From: Oculina patagonica
Lineage: Eukaryota
DNA length: 64,000 nt
Assembly (NCBI RefSeq): GCF_052425735.1
Contig: NC_135770.1
Span: 6,014,001 to 6,078,000 of the forward strand
Direction: 5' to 3'
The translations under genes were made by a program, and so were the position numbers. Under the pieces are notes generated by a model, which did not search any database, had not been told where the DNA came from, and saw only the letters and a program-made list of their open reading frames with translations. This document shows, piece by piece, positions 60,314 through 64,000 of the stretch (the first letter of the stretch is position 1; each line of letters opens with the position of its first letter).

Positions 60314-61839
60314 TTTGGTCGATCGTGGGCTGCTTGCTGAAGACAAAGAGTGGAAAATACCCACAAAACAGTACTTCTGAAACACAGTTAATATATGTAC
60401 AAACAAGAAGGTAGCTGGTAGCTAGAGTTCCTTTTTTTCCTGAGCGAGACCACGAACTGTGAGATGAAACGTTTTTTCCTTGTCACCCGGCCCCCTTTTA
60501 CCTTTTTCTTTCGACTTGAGCATTCCCATTTTAATTACAAACACGTCATCTCGGCAGCTGTCTGCAGTGTCTGGGCTACTTTGTGAAGATAAAAAGTCAA
60601 AATTGCCCACAAAACATGCTTTTGAGACTGTAAACGTACCAATTATACAAAGAAGCTTCCATTTTTGACATTTAAAATGTACTTATCTAAAAGCTGAGGC
60701 AGATTTCTTCCCTGCAATGGCAGATTAAATAAACGGAAATAAAATCCATCAAAAAAGCGTGGGAGCTTTCTCGAAGTTCTTAACCAACTCATTGTCATAC
60801 TTTCGATAGCTCAATCAAAAGTAGGAATGAGATGTCATTGAGATGTATGGATCTGATCTGATTGTGACATGAATTGATTTTTTATTGGTCTGTTTGTTTG
60901 AGATTGTTGCATGCATAGATTTCTGACTGATTTCTGACTGGTCGTTGATTTAAAATCGCTGTGGCTTATTTCGCGACATAGTGTCTTTTGTTTTACCTCA
61001 CTTGCGATATGACTGGTAAATACATTAAAATCATAAATTTTACTTCATAAAAATACCTGCTTATTTTTGATTTTGTTTAATATTTGCTTGGTATCGCAAC
61101 AGTTATCAGGCAAAAGTCAGAAACTATGTCTTAAGCTGCCATTCAGTTCTACGGGTTTCTGTTAAATAAGGAGAAAATCTGTCTCCGGCATTTTAAATTA
61201 AAAAGTCATAAACGACTCCTTTTTGTGTAATTTACCTTTAAAATAAATGCGAAGCTTAGTTTTGTGAGCGTATTATTATAAATGACCCATCTTTGCTGTA
61301 GGTTTTACAATCTGAATGGATAAAGCGTGACTTATATAATTAACCGGTTTCGCAATTCAGTATAAATCGTTAAAGATTGAACTTTAGCAGAATTAAATTA
61401 TTTACGATAAAGGAATGATCAAAGCAAGATTGAACTTGATGGCAAGTTTATCTGGGAACGAGGTTGTTGTGATCTTTCTGCCTTCTGAATATTATACTTT
61501 AATTTTCTACTGATGTGACATTTTGAGGAAAAGGAAAAGGCCATCATTTCCCTAATATGGAGATTATGGACCGAAAAATCATTGTTTATGATTGAACTTT
61601 TCCAACTTTCGCTGATAAAAAAGACATCCATCCTCGACCATCAAATGCTTGCGACAAATTTTAAACACATTATTTTAAATTCTCCTATTAGGCCACTCCA
61701 GCCAATCCGAAATTGGATTATTTATTAATAAATGTTACAGAGAAAACAATATTCTTATTAAATAACGACTACATTTTTAGTTGTAAAAAGTCCGTTACTT
61801 TATATATGAAGCATCGATGAAACATTACATATAAGAGAA

Positions 61840-62008
61840 CTCTGTAACCTTAGACCTCATGGTGAAAAGTCTTCATTTCCAATTACATGTAAGTAATATA
61901 ATGTTATGGTTTGCTTCTGTAATTTCTTTCTTTTTCCTTTTTGTATTGTGTTATTTGTAGTTAGGTAACGTCATCTATATATGGAAATAAATTATTGTTG
62001 TTGTTGTA
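61840..62008 (+). mobile_element. LINE 3'UTR remnant
   Basis: T-rich UTR ending ggaaataaattattgttgttgttg. Confidence 0.4.
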
Positions 62009-64000
62009 ATTGGTCGACGAGATACAACTAGAAAAAGGTTTATATACGTTTTGTTAATCTTCTGTACAACATTTCCAAATAGGCAAATATAACTTAAGCG
62101 CTTTGTATTGCGGTTTTCATCATGCAACTTGCCAATTATGATTATGAGCAGAGTATTTAAACATGGCGATAATCCATGTTTTAGTGGTAACATTTATCTT
62201 AAAAAGAATTATCATCAGTTGGAGATTATTCAACAATGTAAAATAATTTTATAATCACAACTTGGCTATAAAGGTAATTGTGACTTGAACTCTTATGGCT
62301 GTGATGATATTACTGATTGACTGATATTAATGATTGAACTTGCTAAAAACATGTGTGCTACTAGAGAATCAAGTGAAAATGTCAAACCTCTTGAACTGAT
62401 ATGTATTGAAAGGGACTATGTCACGGATTTTAACAGATTTTTGAACAGCCAAAATTTATATTAGTGTCGTAGGAAACTTAAAAATAATGGTCCATTTTTA
62501 TTAACAATTGCTATTTTAGAGCGCTTTAACTGTTTAAAAGCGCGTTTGGCTGCGGAATGAAATGGATTGCAATTTGAAAAGTCGGTCTGGTACCAATATA
62601 ATGAAACAGCTTTTTTCGGGTTGTTTTACGATCACGTTCGAAGACACTTTAAAGATTAAAAATAACATTTGAACATGTTAGACGCAAGTGTTGATCGAAG
62701 GTTTTTTGGTTAGTAAACAAGCACTTTCTGCAGAAATGTTTCAAATGCCTTATTTAAACTTCCTTATACGCAATTCAGTTAATGATTGTAGCTAGACTGT
62801 TCAATTTTACTTTAAGTGATTCAAAGCGAATCTATTGAATCCGATCAACTGAAGATCCCAAAATGGAATTTTTCTACCCACAACTTTTTTGATGAACATG
62901 TTAGGTTGTCTCGCGCGTCAGACACAATGAAACTTTCTCGCATTAAACAAACCGCTTCAGAGCTGAATGGCTACTTAAACCAATATAATTTACGAAATTC
63001 AATGCATTAAACTGGCCATTACTTTAGTTTCCCACCATAAATATATTAACTGGCGAAAACTATACGTTATTAAATTTTGAGTTTTCGTTTAGTTTTTGAC
63101 AAGTTTTATCGACAGGATAAAGCGAGTGCTGTATTTAATATATATCTTTCTAAGGCCGAACTCAAACTTCGTGACTTGACTGTCAATTTAACTTATGCTT
63201 TGTCAACAGCATTGTGGAATAGGTAGATCTTGGTATGTTAATAGTACTAATCTTTAAAAATGATAAACAAGTTTAAGCTATTTCCTTTTGTGAAACGTGA
63301 TTGAAATTTAGAAAAGATTTATAATAAGTATTTTTCCGTTGATCCATTCTCAGTGTCATAATTTGGCCAAAAACTATGCTTTCAAAATAACGCCTTCATG
63401 TAGACTTTATTGTTAAAATTTTACCCACAGCAAAAATTCACAAAAAAATTCGATGATTTTAATACTTTAATATTTTTTATAAGGACCGGAAACTTGAAAT
63501 GCTGTCATATTCAAGTTGGGTTTTGTCAACACGTAGAAATGAATAAATCGTGATGTGTCAATTCAAGCCGGAGAAGTTTCAAGCCATTTCATGATGTATA
63601 TATATTCTACAGCTTTAAAACAACACAACAAAATTTGACAGTTGGCGATTGCATGCGTTTCTTTGAAAACTATCAGTTTGTTGCGCGTTTTTTTCCGAGA
63701 AAAAAAAAGAGCGTTCGTTCAAGTTTGTACAAGGTAGCGGCGACAATAATATCTCGCTAATAGCTGCGTTTAATCAATGGTAAGTGAAGAATAAAAGGTT
63801 TTCAAGTTAATTTGCATTTCTATAGCTTTGCCTAAAACTGGGACAGCTGTGTATGCAAGTGAATCTTGAATTGATTAAAAGCAAGACAATCTACATCCTT
63901 TGTATATTGAATTGGTTTCCGCTCGTCCCGGCGGGGAAAACAAAGCCTTGAAGTCAATTTTGCGCAGCTTATTTATCAATCGTTGAAAGGCGAAGACACC

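Overview
Eukaryotic, AT-rich, repeat-laden genomic DNA. The repeat families, GT-AG introns and gene content point to an anthozoan, probably a stony coral (inferred). I can support eight protein-coding loci: one PPP1R27/PPP1R12-like ankyrin gene (6.0-6.6 kb, -); five rhodopsin-class, aminergic-like GPCRs, each with a single coding exon (19.4, 31.6, 37.1, 55.0 and 59.3 kb); and two head-to-head, five-exon NXPE/PC-esterase (SGNH) paralogues whose exons I could splice in frame (39.7-46.4 kb -, 47.8-52.8 kb +). From 31 to 60 kb the gene order is a mirror image around about 47.1 kb: GPCR> <GPCR <NXPE | NXPE> GPCR> <GPCR. The inverted paralogues show patchy, exon-restricted homogenisation. All five receptors share an unusual pocket: D3.32 plus K7.39, no TM3-ECL2 disulfide and a very short ECL2. 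One receptor has a +1 frameshift with a copy-specific in-frame ATG that could rescue it. The rest of the window is MITEs (TA, TWA, TTAA and 8-bp TSD types, several nested), a tRNA-derived SINE, 5'-truncated LINE tails, a probable solo LTR, Penelope remnants with hammerhead-like motifs, palindromes and microsatellites. There is no CRISPR array, rRNA or intact tRNA. All alignments and identities were done by eye.
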